Assembly: GCA_021811085.1 (NCBI GenBank)
Contig: JAJZPQ010000001.1
Span: forward strand, 1,946-65,945
Direction: 5' to 3'
DNA: 64,000 nt
Source: Pseudomonadota bacterium
Lineage (GTDB): Bacteria > Pseudomonadota > Gammaproteobacteria > Burkholderiales > SG8-39
The notes beneath the pieces are model-generated. The model did no database searches. It saw only the letters and a program-made list of their open reading frames with translations, and was not told the origin of the DNA. The position numbers and the translations under genes are program-made. Each line of letters starts with the position of its first letter. The stretch's first letter is position 1. This document shows, one piece after another, positions 48,115 to 57,936 of this stretch.

Positions 48115-49778
48115 GGCTTCGATGGTTCTTTCGCGTAAAGACGCAATTTCTCGGTGCGATCGCCGGCGCGGTTGCCTTCCCAGATCTTCTTCCAGGCCGG
48201 GCCCGGATTGCGCTCGGGCTCGCGCGCGTTGTCCTGCACCAGCAGCAGGGCGCAGTCGCGGCGGCGCGTTGCATTGCGCTCGGTGACTATATCTGCATGG
48301 TAGTCCAACACCGCGCGCTGCGCTTCGCCCAGCCCGCGGCTGCCGATGCAGCCGTGCTGCCTGGGCAGGTGCGCGAGCAGCGACAGCGCGACCGGCCGGT
48401 AGCTCTTGCCGTGTTCGATCCAGGGCAGCCACAGCAGCATGGTCAGCGACCAGAACAGCGCCAGGCCGGCGGCCCAGAACGTGACGCAGCGCTGGGCCGC
48501 ATTCTTGCTGCGCAGGATCAGCGCCAACCACGCGAGCGTAATGACCACGGCGGCAAGGAAAGGCAGCCAGGCGAAATGCGCGACGAAGCCGGGCTCTATG
48601 CGCAGGGCATTGGCGGCAACGCGCGGCGGATACCCGGTCTGGATGGCAACATAGCCGATCCAGATAATGCCGCCGAGCAGCGTGAACGTCATGGCGCCGA
48701 ACCAGGCGAGGGAATTGGCCGCGCCGCGGCGCAGATCGCGCAATACCTGTGCGCCCAGGAGCGCGAGCGGCAACAGCAGCGGCAACAGCGGCAATTCCCC
48801 AGGCGTGCGCGCGAGCACGACCAGGGCCATGCCTGCGATCAGCGTGACCAGCGGCAGCACTACGCCGGCGGAATTGGGTTTTCGGCGATACAGCCACAGC
48901 GCCCACAGCGCGATCGGCCAGGCGGGCCAGGCGAACCAGGCGAGCGTGGCCAGTTCCTGTCCGAATGCGGCCAGGTTGGGCGCGTGCGCGAGAACGGCCG
49001 GTCCGCCCTTGTGCAGCCAGGCAGCCAGCATTGCCGGTGAGCGCGCGTAGAGCAGTGCGGGCCAGATCGCGAGCCAGGGCGCAAGGACCAGCGCCGCGCC
49101 GCCCAGAGCGATTGCGGCATTGCGGCTGCGCCAGTCCCGTACCAGGACCGTCGTGGTTAGCAGGCCGATGATGAACGGCAGGATGTTAATGATGTCGGAG
49201 GCGAGAAAGGCGGCGCCCAGGCCGCAGCCCAAGGCGAGCGCGGCGACATAGGGGCGCTTCTCCACCAGCCCTGCGCCGTAGTAGGCGCCGGCGAGGCCCG
49301 CGAGCAGGGCCGTTTCGCTGACCGCCTCGTGCGCGTGCGCCAGCAGGCCGGTGCAGCCCATGAACAGCAGCATGACGCCGTCGCCGCGGCTGCGGCCGTC
49401 GTCGCGGTGGCTGTCGCTGTCGTGCGGGTCCTGTTGGTGGAACGCGCGTCCGGCCAGGTACAGGAACGCGAGCGTCAGGGCGACGCAGGCCCCGGCCGCG
49501 AGGCGCACTGCGTCGTGCTGCGCGATGAGCCCGCCCAGGAGCTTCGCGAACACGGCCGCGATCCAGTAGAACAGGGGCGCGTCGTCGGCATAATGCTCGC
49601 CCGCGAGCCGCGGTAGCAGCCAGTCGCCGTGGCTGGCGAACCAGTGCGCAACGCCTATGCCTATGGCATCGTCGTTTTTCCAGGGATCATGGCCGATCAG
49701 GCCGGGCAGCAGCCAGATCGCGACCAGGATCAGCAAGGGTATGCGCGCGAGCGGCAGCGTGATGCGTACGCCGGACAC
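48111..49778 (-). CDS. GT-C fold membrane glycosyltransferase (family 39/83, ArnT/PMT-like)
   Basis: 555 aa and highly hydrophobic (more than 10 TM segments by eye). The N-terminal loop HDPWKNDD..G resembles the catalytic DE-type loop of ArnT/PMT enzymes. Its stop overlaps the pgi ATG (ATGA). Confidence 0.7.
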   Translation of the reverse strand: MSGVRITLPLARIPLLILVAIWLLPGLIGHDPWKNDDAIGIGVAHWFASHGDWLLPRLAGEHYADDAPLFYWIAAVFAKLLGGLIAQHDAVRLAAGACVALTLAFLYLAGRAFHQQDPHDSDSHRDDGRSRGDGVMLLFMGCTGLLAHAHEAVSETALLAGLAGAYYGAGLVEKRPYVAALALGCGLGAAFLASDIINILPFIIGLLTTTVLVRDWRSRNAAIALGGAALVLAPWLAIWPALLYARSPAMLAAWLHKGGPAVLAHAPNLAAFGQELATLAWFAWPAWPIALWALWLYRRKPNSAGVVLPLVTLIAGMALVVLARTPGELPLLPLLLPLALLGAQVLRDLRRGAANSLAWFGAMTFTLLGGIIWIGYVAIQTGYPPRVAANALRIEPGFVAHFAWLPFLAAVVITLAWLALILRSKNAAQRCVTFWAAGLALFWSLTMLLWLPWIEHGKSYRPVALSLLAHLPRQHGCIGSRGLGEAQRAVLDYHADIVTERNATRRRDCALLLVQDNAREPERNPGPAWKKIWEGNRAGDRTEKLRLYAKEPSKP

Positions 49779-49880
49779 TATGCGACCGCCCTGAGTGTTT
49801 GCTCCGGCTTGGCTGTGTCTCTGGGACTCATGCGCTCATTTTACCCGGCGGAAAAACGGGCAGCCTAGCCACCCGCAAAC

Positions 49881-49908
49881 AAAAAAGGCAGCCGTAGCTG
49901 CCTTTTTT
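49881..49908 (-). terminator. Rho-independent (bidirectional) terminator downstream of rpmE
   Basis: AAAAAA-GGCAGC-cgta-GCTGCC-TTTTTT, a perfect 6-bp GC stem flanked by an A6 run and a T6 run, 16 nt after the rpmE stop. Confidence 0.85.
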
Positions 49909-49923
49909 GGACCGGTCTGGACT

Positions 49924-50154
49924 TCAGGCCGTTTTGCTTGCGGCCTCGGCGGGCTTCTTCGCGTATTTCTGGCGGAACTTCTCCACGCGGCCGGCGGTGT
50001 CGACGATTTTCTGCTTGCCCGTGTAGAACGGGTGGCAGTTCGAGCACACCTCGACGTGCAGCGCCTTGTTCATGGTCGATTGGGTCTTCCAGGTGTTGCC
50101 GCAGCTGCAGGTGACTTGGATTTCTTGATATTCGGGGTGGATGCCTGTTTTCAT
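49924..50154 (-). CDS. rpmE: 50S ribosomal protein L31 (Zn-binding type A)
   Basis: Starts [20 protein letters not shown] and later reads [16 protein letters not shown]. This is Met14 of ORF 49924..50193. Confidence 0.95.
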   Translation of the reverse strand: MKTGIHPEYQEIQVTCSCGNTWKTQSTMNKALHVEVCSNCHPFYTGKQKIVDTAGRVEKFRQKYAKKPAEAASKTA

Positions 50155-50266
50155 GGATTTTCCTTTGGCGCAGTCCGGGAATAGGAGCCGCAAAAGGCGG
50201 TAATTATCCCAGAAAACAATACTCTAAGCAAGAACTATCCGATTAGATTTAGCTGTGGTGGCCGCA

Positions 50267-50455
50267 CTTGCGCGGCCGGCGGCCCGTCCGCGCGGATCAC
50301 CGATTTAGAACGGATGAAAAAGCGCCATCCGTTCTAAATCGGTGATCTTATATAAAAGCTACCCCGAACCGCCCTTGCTTTTATCTAACACCGTGTTTTT
50401 TGTGCGGATGCGCTTTTCATCCGTACAAAAAATACGGTTGGCGCGCGCAGCGCGC
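50267..50455. repeat. Multi-hairpin intergenic repeat, copy B
   Basis: It has the same H1-H4 order as 28887-29070. H2 is a perfect 22-bp stem (50295-50316 with 50326-50347). H3 is a 20-bp stem (50390-50409 with 50419-50438) containing two G-T pairs. H4 is GCGCGC-gca-GCGCGC. Confidence 0.85.
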
Positions 50456-50513
50456 AATGGCCGTGAGGCACATTCGACGCCAAGGGGGCGGAGGGCTATG
50501 TCCCGACTCTGAT

Positions 50514-51773
50514 TTACCCTCGTCTCATCGAGTCGAAAAAATCCGCGTTGTTCTTGGTCGCGCGGATCTTGTCGACCAGGAACTCGGCCGCTTCGAGGTC
50601 GTCCATCGGATAAAGGAGCTTCCTCAGCACCCACACCTTGGACAGCACTTCCTTCGCGATCAGCAGTTCCTCGCGCCGCGTGCCCGAGCGGTTGACGTTG
50701 ATCGCCGGGAAAATGCGCTTCTCGTACATGCGCCGGTCGAGATGGATTTCCATGTTGCCGGTGCCCTTGAATTCCTCGTAGATCACGTCGTCCATGCGGC
50801 TGCCGGTGTCGATCAGCGCGGTCGCGAGGATGGTGAGCGAGCCGCCTTCCTCGACGTTGCGCGCGGCGCCGAAGAAGCGCTTCGGCCGCTGCAGCGCGTT
50901 GGCGTCGACGCCGCCGGTGAGCACCTTGCCCGAGGCCGGCACCACGGTGTTGTAGGCGCGCGCAAGCCGCGTAATCGAATCGAGCAGGATCACCACGTCT
51001 TTCTTGTGCTCGACCAGGCGCTTCGCCTTCTCGATCACCATTTCGGCGACCTGCACGTGGCGCGTAGCGGGCTCGTCGAACGTCGAGGCGACCACTTCAC
51101 CGCGTACGGTGCGCGTCATTTCGGTCACTTCCTCGGGGCGCTCGTCGATCAGCAGCACGATCAGCACGACGTCGGGATGATTGGCGATGATCGCATGCGC
51201 CATATGCTGCATCAGCACCGTCTTGCCCGCCTTGGGCGGGGACACGATCAGACCGCGCTGGCCCTTGCCGATCGGCGCGATGATGTCGATGATGCGGCCG
51301 GTCATGTTCTCTTCGGCCTTGATGTCGCGCTCGAGCTTGAACACCTCGTCCGGATGCAGCGGCGTCAGGTTCTCGAACAGGATCTTGTTCTTGGAGTTCT
51401 CCGGCAGGTCGCCGTTGACCTTGTCCACCTTGACCAGCGCGAAATAGCGCTCGCCGTCTTTGGGCGTGCGGATCTCGCCCTCGATGGTGTCGCCGGTATG
51501 CAGGTTGAAGCGGCGGATCTGGGAGGGGGAGACGTAGATGTCGTCGGTCGAGGCGAGGTAGGAGGTGTCGGGCGAGCGCAGGAAGCCGAAACCGTCGGGC
51601 AGCACTTCCAGCGTGCCGTCGCCGAAAATCGATTCGCCTTTCTTCGCCCGGTTTTTCAGGAGCGCAAAAATCAGCTCCTGTTTGCGCAGGCGGTTGGCGC
51701 CTTCGATTTCATGTTCCACCGCCATCTGGACCAGCTCGGTGACGTGCAGGGTTTTAAGCTCGGATAATTGCAT
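50514..51773 (-). CDS. rho: Transcription termination factor Rho
   Basis: 419 aa from [15 protein letters not shown] (Met10 of the track ORF). Contains FGFLR, Walker A PPKAGKT and the full RecA-type core. Confidence 0.97.
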   Translation of the reverse strand: MQLSELKTLHVTELVQMAVEHEIEGANRLRKQELIFALLKNRAKKGESIFGDGTLEVLPDGFGFLRSPDTSYLASTDDIYVSPSQIRRFNLHTGDTIEGEIRTPKDGERYFALVKVDKVNGDLPENSKNKILFENLTPLHPDEVFKLERDIKAEENMTGRIIDIIAPIGKGQRGLIVSPPKAGKTVLMQHMAHAIIANHPDVVLIVLLIDERPEEVTEMTRTVRGEVVASTFDEPATRHVQVAEMVIEKAKRLVEHKKDVVILLDSITRLARAYNTVVPASGKVLTGGVDANALQRPKRFFGAARNVEEGGSLTILATALIDTGSRMDDVIYEEFKGTGNMEIHLDRRMYEKRIFPAINVNRSGTRREELLIAKEVLSKVWVLRKLLYPMDDLEAAEFLVDKIRATKNNADFFDSMRRG

Positions 51774-51998
51774 GCGGAAAACGCTCGTATAGAACGACAA
51801 AACTCATGTGGAACGAAAAGGCAAAAGAGGCCTTGGGAATTGCAACAGGAAGGATCTGGCGTCCGGAACCGGCTGGGGTGATTACGATATGAGGGCTATC
51901 TCCCCTCACGCTCCCCTACGTCAGCGGCCGTTCCGGTAATCCAGAAACGGCCTTTGAGAAAATCCGCCGGTGACGCTTAGGGAAGAAGGATAGAGGGT

Positions 51999-52325
51999 CT
52001 AGATGTTGCTGTCAAGGAACGCCGTGAGCTGGGATTTCGACAGGGCGCCGACCTTGGTCGCCTCGATGTTGCCGTTCTTGAACAGCATCAGGGTGGGAAT
52101 GCCGCGGATGCCGTACTTGCGTGGGATCTCCTGGTTCTCGTCGACATTGACCTTGGCGACTTTGAGCTTGCCGGAGTATTCCTTGGCGACTTCTTCCAGC
52201 GTCGGCGCAATCGCCTTGCACGGGCCGCACCACTCGGCCCAGTAATCGACCAGCACCGGGCTTTGCGCCTGCAGCACCTCGGCTTCGAAGGTGTCATCGG
52301 TAACATGCTGTATATGTTCGCTCAT
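51999..52325 (-). CDS. trxA: Thioredoxin
   Basis: 108 aa with [14 protein letters not shown] and [14 protein letters not shown]. Confidence 0.97.
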   Translation of the reverse strand: MSEHIQHVTDDTFEAEVLQAQSPVLVDYWAEWCGPCKAIAPTLEEVAKEYSGKLKVAKVNVDENQEIPRKYGIRGIPTLMLFKNGNIEATKVGALSKSQLTAFLDSNI

Positions 52326-52550
52326 GCGATCCTCGTGTTCGTGTGTGTTGGGGTAGTCTCGCGACCCACAGCCGCGAGGGCCGGGAAGGAAGGGTGAGTA
52401 CCGATTCTAGCCCTATTTCAAACTTGCCGCAGGCGGCAGGCCGTGACTCGCATATTGGGGCGGGCTGCCGGTTTTCAAGTTTTTTTGGTCACCGGGGGAT
52501 ATGGTAAACTTGTCCAAGTTCAGCGCCCGTTTTCTTTCAGGACACCACCC

Positions 52551-52874
52551 ATGGCCTATGTCGTAACCGAATCCTGCATCAAGTGCAAATATACCGACTG
52601 CGTCGATGTCTGCCCCGTGGACTGCTTCCGCGAAGGCCCGAACATGCTGGTCATCGATCCCGACGAGTGCATCGACTGCACCCTGTGCGTGGCCGAGTGC
52701 CCGGTGGAGGCGATATTTGCCGAGGACGACGTGCCGGACAATCAGAAGGAATTCATCGCGCTCAACGCCGAGCTGTCCAAGGGATGGAAGCCCATCATCG
52801 AGCGCAAGGACGCCCCCGCGGATGCGGAGGAATGGGCCAAGGTCAAGGAAAAGAAAAAGCTGCTGGAGAAGTAA
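52551..52874 (+). CDS. fdxA: 7Fe (3Fe-4S plus 4Fe-4S) ferredoxin, Azotobacter type
   Basis: 107 aa starting [26 protein letters not shown], with a second cluster motif [12 protein letters not shown]. Confidence 0.92.
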   Translation: MAYVVTESCIKCKYTDCVDVCPVDCFREGPNMLVIDPDECIDCTLCVAECPVEAIFAEDDVPDNQKEFIALNAELSKGWKPIIERKDAPADAEEWAKVKEKKKLLEK

Positions 52875-52879
52875 CGCCG

Positions 52880-53875
52880 CTAGTCGTACAGTCCCGGCCG
52901 CGCCTTGCCGCGGAACACGTAATACGAAAATGCGGTGTAGGCGATGATGAAGGGCAGCACGATCAGCGCGCCGATCAGCACCACTTTGAGCGATGAAGGA
53001 TGCGCGGCGGCATCCCAGAACGTCAGGCGGTCGATCACGACGTAGGGGAACAGGCTGTAGGCGAGGCCGATAAAGGCGAGCACAAAAATCGACACGGCGC
53101 CGGCAAACGGCGCCCCCTGCGCCGCGCCCGCGACGCCGCGCAACAGGCGCCCGGTGGAGCGCCAGACCCAAATCCAGGCGGCGAGCGTCACCAGCGGCAG
53201 CAGCATCAGGCCCAGCGTGCGCGGGAAATCGAACCATTTCATTTCCACCGTCTGGCTCACGAACGGCGTGGCGAGGCTCACTGCGGCGACGCCGAGCGCG
53301 ACCCACAGCAGGCCCCAGCGCGCCCAGGCCAGGGCTTTTTTCTGCAGCGTGCCCTCGGTCTTGTAGATGAGCCAGGTCGCGCCGAGCAGCACGTAGCCGC
53401 CGCAGAGCGAGGCGCCGACGACCAGCGCGAACAGCAGATAGCCGAAGCCCGAATCGAAGCCGGTGATATAGCGCCCGAGCATCAAGCCTTGCGCGAACGA
53501 GGCGATGAAGGAGCCGAGCCAGAACAGCCAGTTCCACAGCTCGCGGTGCCAGCCTTCGGCCTTGACGCGGAACTCGAACGCGACGCCGCGCAGCATCAGC
53601 CCGATCAGCATCGCCGCCACCGGCAGATACAGCGCGCCCAGCACCACGCCGTGCGCCACCGGGAACGCGACCAGCAGGATGCCCACGCCCAGCACCAGCC
53701 AGGTTTCGTTCGCATCCCAGAACGGACCGATCGAGGACACCATCAGATCCTGCTCGCGCGCGTCGGCCGCGGGCATGAGCATGCCCACGCCGAGGTCGTA
53801 GCCGTCGAGCACGACGTAGGCGAGCACGGCCACGCCCATGAGCGCGGCGAAAATGAGCGGCAGGTCGAGGCTCAT
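52880..53875 (-). CDS. cydB: Cytochrome bd-type quinol oxidase subunit II
   Basis: 331 aa from MSLDLPLIFAALMGVAVLAYVVLDGYDLGVG, with GPFWDANETWL. Its ATG overlaps the cydA stop (ATGA). The upstream part of track ORF 52880..55258 is out-of-frame read-through. Confidence 0.92.
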   Translation of the reverse strand: MSLDLPLIFAALMGVAVLAYVVLDGYDLGVGMLMPAADAREQDLMVSSIGPFWDANETWLVLGVGILLVAFPVAHGVVLGALYLPVAAMLIGLMLRGVAFEFRVKAEGWHRELWNWLFWLGSFIASFAQGLMLGRYITGFDSGFGYLLFALVVGASLCGGYVLLGATWLIYKTEGTLQKKALAWARWGLLWVALGVAAVSLATPFVSQTVEMKWFDFPRTLGLMLLPLVTLAAWIWVWRSTGRLLRGVAGAAQGAPFAGAVSIFVLAFIGLAYSLFPYVVIDRLTFWDAAAHPSSLKVVLIGALIVLPFIIAYTAFSYYVFRGKARPGLYD

Positions 53876-55194
53876 TTCGCTTTCCCCTGCACGGCGGCCC
53901 CTTTGCCCGCCAGGTGGGTGATGACCACCATATAGGCGCCGAGCATCAGGCTGTAGACGAGGACATAGCCGGTGAGGCTCGCACCCAGAGAGGCTTCCGG
54001 GATGCGGCCCACCGCCTGCGCGGTCCTGAGGATGCCGGTCACCAGCCAGGGCTGGCGCCCGACTTCGGTCACGATCCAGCCGCAGACCGTCGCCACCCAG
54101 CCGCAGAACGTCGCGCCGGCGTAGAGCCACAGCAGCCACTGCGGCGGTTGCCGGTCCTGGCGCAGCAGCCAGGCGCCGCCCCAGGCGAGCGCGAGCATCA
54201 GCACGCCCACGGCGAGCATGATGCGGAACGCGAAGAACAGCGGCGCGACCGGCGGCGTGTCCGGCGCAAACGCGTCTATGCCCTTCACCTCGCCGTTCGG
54301 ATCGTGCCGCAGGATCAGGCTCGCCCCCTTGGGCACTTCGATGGCGAAATCGTTGTGCTGCGTGTCCGCGTTCGGCACTGCGAACAGCACCAGCGGCGCG
54401 CCGCGCTCGGTGTGCCACAGCGCTTCCATCGCGGCGATTTTCGCCGGCTGGTGCTCCAGCGTGTTGAGCCCGTGCTGATCGCCCGCAAAAATCTGCAGCG
54501 GCGCGATCACCGCGGCGACGAGCACGCCGGTGCGCAGCGTGCGTAGCGCCGACACGTCGCCGGGCGCGCGCAGCAGGCGCCAGGCCGACAGCCCCGCGAC
54601 GACGAAGGAGGCGGTGAGCGCGGAGGCGAGCAGCATGTGGGTGAAGCGATAGGGGAAGGAAGGATTGAATATCACCTGCAGCCAGTCGCCCGCGATCAGC
54701 GCGCTGCCGTCCAGCACCTGCCCGGCGGGAGTCTGCATCCACGAATCGAGCGCGAGGATCCAGAACGCCGAGAGCAGCGTGCCGATTGCGACCAGCAGCG
54801 TGGCCCCGATATGCACCCAGGCCGGCACGCGGTTCATGCCGAACAGCATCACGCCGAGAAACGTGGCTTCGAGGAAAAACGCGGTGAGCACCTCGAAGCC
54901 GAGCAGCGGCCCGGCGATGTTGCCGACATGGTTCATGAACCCGGGCCAATTGGTGCCGAACTGGAACGACATGGTGATGCCGGTGACCACGCCCATCGCG
55001 AACGAGAGCGCGAACACCTTGGTCCACAGCTTGTAGGTCGCAAGCCAGGCGGCGTCGCCGCTCCTCGCGTAGCGGATGCGGAAGTAGACCAGGAACCACG
55101 CCAGCGCGATGGTGAGGCTGGGGAACAGGATATGGAAACCGATGTTCAACCCGAATTGGGCGCGGGCGAGCAGCAGCAGATCGGGATTTTCCAT
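53872..55194 (-). CDS. cydA: Cytochrome bd-type quinol oxidase subunit I (short Q-loop, CioA-like length)
   Basis: 440 aa starting MENPDLLLLARAQFGLNIGFHILFPSLTIALAW and containing GWIVTEVGRQPW. Confidence 0.92.
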   Translation of the reverse strand: MENPDLLLLARAQFGLNIGFHILFPSLTIALAWFLVYFRIRYARSGDAAWLATYKLWTKVFALSFAMGVVTGITMSFQFGTNWPGFMNHVGNIAGPLLGFEVLTAFFLEATFLGVMLFGMNRVPAWVHIGATLLVAIGTLLSAFWILALDSWMQTPAGQVLDGSALIAGDWLQVIFNPSFPYRFTHMLLASALTASFVVAGLSAWRLLRAPGDVSALRTLRTGVLVAAVIAPLQIFAGDQHGLNTLEHQPAKIAAMEALWHTERGAPLVLFAVPNADTQHNDFAIEVPKGASLILRHDPNGEVKGIDAFAPDTPPVAPLFFAFRIMLAVGVLMLALAWGGAWLLRQDRQPPQWLLWLYAGATFCGWVATVCGWIVTEVGRQPWLVTGILRTAQAVGRIPEASLGASLTGYVLVYSLMLGAYMVVITHLAGKGAAVQGKAK

Positions 55195-55703
55195 AGGGGC
55201 GGCTCACGCGAATGAGCATTCGTGCGTCATGATACGCCACCCTGTCCGGCGATGCCATCGCGACACTTGCTGCCGGCCGGCGGCGTGATCGTGTCGGCGG
55301 CGTTCAGGCTCGCCTGAAACCGGTTTGCGTCAGCGGCAGAAAAATTGATCCCCCCGCTGCTGCAATCCTCTGGAGCTGAAACGATATTGCTTGGCATCAC
55401 TGTGCAGCGTTTGCGGAAGGCGGTGGACTGGCCCGGGTAGCCATTGGCCAAATGGCGCAACGCAGTAATTAGCAAGAACCATTGTTCTCACCTAAATAGA
55501 CAATTTTTCTGAAAAACAGTATCTTGGCTCATGAGATGGGGAATAACATCATTGTTTGCGCGGATTAACATGGAACTACATCGCTGCGCAGAACTTGGTA
55601 TCGTTGTTTTTGTTCAACAGTTGACAGACACCACTGCCGATACGCCATGTTATTCGGCATTTCGGTGCTTGATATTCGTTAATCGTCACGGATACGCGCC
55701 CCA

Positions 55704-56093
55704 ATGATCGACCGCTACGATCCTGAAATCGCTCCCATCCCGGCGGACTGGCTTGCGTCAGCCGAAGGGGAAAGGATTCTCCTCGCAGAGCACTACCACC
55801 GAGATGCACGCATCGATTTGCCGAAGGCCGCACGGCGAATGCACGCCTCGATTCACGTCGTCGTTGAGAATCAGCTAGCGCTAGACGATGAGCCCGTTGT
55901 TCGGGCACTCGCTCGCCTCATGAAAGAAGGGCTCTCGAGGCATGACGCGGTTCACGCTATCGGCTCACTTGTGGCCGAGAACATCTACGATCTCGCCAAA
56001 CTGAAGGACGCACCTGAAACAGCCCGTGCCCGGTACTATGCGGCTATCGAGCGGCTTACAGCGGCTACTTGGCGTGAGAACAGTGACGACTAA
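55704..56093 (+). CDS. Hypothetical protein, possibly DUF1841-like
   Basis: 129 aa. MHASIHVVVENQLALDDEP and HDAVHAIGSLVAENIY loosely resemble the DUF1841 pattern as I remember it. The family assignment is weak. Confidence 0.35.
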   Translation: MIDRYDPEIAPIPADWLASAEGERILLAEHYHRDARIDLPKAARRMHASIHVVVENQLALDDEPVVRALARLMKEGLSRHDAVHAIGSLVAENIYDLAKLKDAPETARARYYAAIERLTAATWRENSDD

Positions 56094-56236
56094 CATGGCG
56101 GTGGTGTCGGACGCGCCGCGAGCAAGCGGCCGCGCACATTTAAGCATTGAGCACGCGGCACGCCGCATACCTCCACGTTATGCGCTCATTTAGCGATCGT
56201 GAGATGAATTTGGTACCATTGCGTAATTGGTAGGAG

Positions 56237-56470
56237 ATGACCATGAGCGTTTCACTAAAGTCACTTGGTATCGATAGGCTCAGCGTGGCGGATCGCCTGA
56301 TTCTGGTTGAAGAGCTTTGGGATAGCATTGCCGCTGCTACTCCGCTGACAGATGCCCAACGCGCCGAACTCGATCGTCGTCTCGCGGACCACGAAGCCAA
56401 TCCTGATGACGTCGTTTCTTGGGAAGAAGTTCAGTCTTCTATCACCGCACGCTTGAATAGAGTACCCTGA
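56237..56470 (+). CDS. Addiction-module antitoxin component (TIGR02574-like)
   Basis: 77 aa containing LSVADRLILVEELWDSI, followed by an acidic helix and then SWEEV. A ParE-type reading frame follows directly. Confidence 0.7.
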   Translation: MTMSVSLKSLGIDRLSVADRLILVEELWDSIAAATPLTDAQRAELDRRLADHEANPDDVVSWEEVQSSITARLNRVP

Positions 56471-56757
56471 AGGTCGTCTTTCGCCGCGCAGCGCGAGCCG
56501 AGTTTGATGCCGCAGCATTGTGGTATGAAGAACGGCAAATCGGACTTGGCGCCGCATTCACATCGGAGATTAAGCGTGCAGTGGAGCTTGCGTCCAATCA
56601 TCCCGAGAGGTTCCCCGTCAAGTACGGCGCAATTCGCTGCGTTCAGGCTCGCCGCTTTCCATACTCCGTTTACTTTCTTCCGGAAGTGCGTCGGATCGTC
56701 GTGTTGGCGGTTTTTCACGCGCGGCGTGATCCTCTCGTTTGGCAATCGCGCGCATAA
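56467..56757 (+). CDS. parE: ParE/RelE-family toxin frame lacking a canonical start codon (CTG at 56467; possibly decaying)
   Basis: The frame opens after a TAG at 56458-60. The translation LKVVFRRAARAEFDAAALWYEERQ...FPYSVYFLPEVRRIVVLAVFHARRDP has the typical ParE layout. The first ATG/GTG/TTG is TTG 56518, which would delete the conserved N-terminal strand. Confidence 0.6.
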   Translation: MKVVFRRAARAEFDAAALWYEERQIGLGAAFTSEIKRAVELASNHPERFPVKYGAIRCVQARRFPYSVYFLPEVRRIVVLAVFHARRDPLVWQSRA

Positions 56758-56866
56758 CCCGCGTTCGAGGCGGACGCGTGGCCAGCGAGGCTGTCGCGTG
56801 GGATGGCCGGCGCCGCTCAACGCGAACGTTATGCGGCTCTAGCGCGCCGAGAGTAAACTGTGCCGA

Positions 56867-57061
56867 ATGAAAGTTCGCGAACTCATCTCCCTGATAGAGG
56901 CCGACGGATGGTTCCAGGTGCGAACGAAAGGCAGTCATCGACAGTTTCACCACCCGACAAAGACGGGGACTGTCACGGTGTCGGGGAAACCAAGCGTAGA
57001 CATACCGCCTGGGACGCTGAATAGCGCACTCAAGCAAGCTGGTCTAAAGAAGCAGGAGTGA
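56867..57061 (+). CDS. hicA: HicA mRNA-interferase toxin
   Basis: 64 aa reading MKVRELISLIEADGWFQVRTKGSHRQFHHPTKTGTVTVSGK...GTLNSALKQAGL. Confidence 0.9.
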   Translation: MKVRELISLIEADGWFQVRTKGSHRQFHHPTKTGTVTVSGKPSVDIPPGTLNSALKQAGLKKQE

Positions 57062-57066
57062 TTTCT

Positions 57067-57282
57067 ATGCGATACCTCGTAGTTGTTGAAAAAGGCCCCT
57101 TTTCCTACGGGGCGCATGTTCCAGATCTTCCTGGCTGCATCGCTGCTGCGGAGACGAAGGAAGAGGTTCTTTCCCTTGTTCGGGAGGCCATTGAGTTCCA
57201 CATCGAAGGCCTCAAGCAGGAGGGGCAGACAATTCCGGCTCCTACGTCGACGAGTGAGCTTGTCGAAGTACAAGCCGCATAA
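57067..57282 (+). CDS. hicB: HicB antitoxin, short form (no C-terminal DNA-binding domain)
   Basis: Starts MRYLVVVEKGPFSYGAHVPDLPGCIAAAETKEEVLSLVREAIEFHIEG. GTG 57058, which overlaps the hicA stop, is an alternative start. Confidence 0.85.
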   Translation: MRYLVVVEKGPFSYGAHVPDLPGCIAAAETKEEVLSLVREAIEFHIEGLKQEGQTIPAPTSTSELVEVQAA

Positions 57283-57405
57283 CTTGCCAGTGGTGCGGGC
57301 GGGTGGAAGCGTCGCGGCATTTCTACGCGCCGTGCGCGCTCGCCGCACGCTTCCACGTTCGGCGCCAGTCCACGACGGATCGTAGATTGGAGTATTCTGC
57401 GCACT

Positions 57406-57630
57406 ATGAAGATAGCCACTGGAAAAGTTGTCGGGGGTAAAGTCGTAGTCGAGGGTGTCACACTCGAAGAGGGCGCGTCGGTGACTGTTCTGGCCAAAGA
57501 CGACGAAGGCGGCTTCACCCTGTCCGCTGAGGAGGAGGCCGAACTGCTTCTTTCTATCGCCGAGGCCGATCGTGGAGAAACGGTTTCCGCCCAGGAGGTG
57601 CTTGCAAGGCTCGCCCGTCGTCGCGGCTGA
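57406..57630 (+). CDS. Antitoxin (small beta N-terminal part plus addiction-module-type helix)
   Basis: 74 aa. The tail LSAEEEAELLLSIAEADRGETVSAQEVLARL resembles the tail of the 56237 antitoxin. A ParE gene follows 6 nt downstream. Confidence 0.6.
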   Translation: MKIATGKVVGGKVVVEGVTLEEGASVTVLAKDDEGGFTLSAEEEAELLLSIAEADRGETVSAQEVLARLARRRG

Positions 57631-57636
57631 GAGACC

Positions 57637-57936
57637 GTGGAAGTTCGCGTCACAAAGCGAGCGCAAGCGCACATTGATCGCGCTGCACTGTGGTGGGACG
57701 AGAATCGCCCTCTTGCCCCGGAGGTCTTCGACGAAGAACTTGCGGAGGCGTTTTCGCTACTTAGCGCTGAACCCGGCATTGGCGCACCAGCATTGAATGT
57801 TCGCGCGCGAGGCGTAAGGCGAGTGCATCTCGCGCGAATTCACTACTATCTTTACTATCGTGTCCGCGGTAGCCGAGTTGAAGTATTAGCGCTCTGGCAC
57901 ACCAGCCGCGGCACTGGTCCCTTTCTCAACTTGTAG
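57637..57936 (+). CDS. parE: ParE/RelE-family toxin
   Basis: 99 aa starting MEVRVTKRAQAHIDRAALWW and continuing RRVHLARIHYYLYYRVRGSRVEVLALWHTSRG. Confidence 0.8.
   Translation: MEVRVTKRAQAHIDRAALWWDENRPLAPEVFDEELAEAFSLLSAEPGIGAPALNVRARGVRRVHLARIHYYLYYRVRGSRVEVLALWHTSRGTGPFLNL

Noticed and set aside
46541-48274. N-terminal 578 codons of the 1300-aa track ORF 44372..48274
   Set aside because: This part is out-of-frame read-through across pgi and is Arg/Ala-rich nonsense. The YgiQ homology starts at [11 protein letters not shown] (ATG at 46540), exactly at the pgi stop.
55227-55475. 82-aa ORF on the - strand upstream of cydA
   Set aside because: It has no recognisable domain, no convincing SD and mixed composition. 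Its stop overlaps the mini-ORF ATG, but I cannot support it as a gene.
55669-55684. FNR/ANR-like half-site TTGAT-ATTC-GTTAA between cydA and the TA islet
   Set aside because: The second half-site matches ATCAA at only 2 of 5 positions, and the site is ~475 nt from the cydA start. This is not enough for a call.
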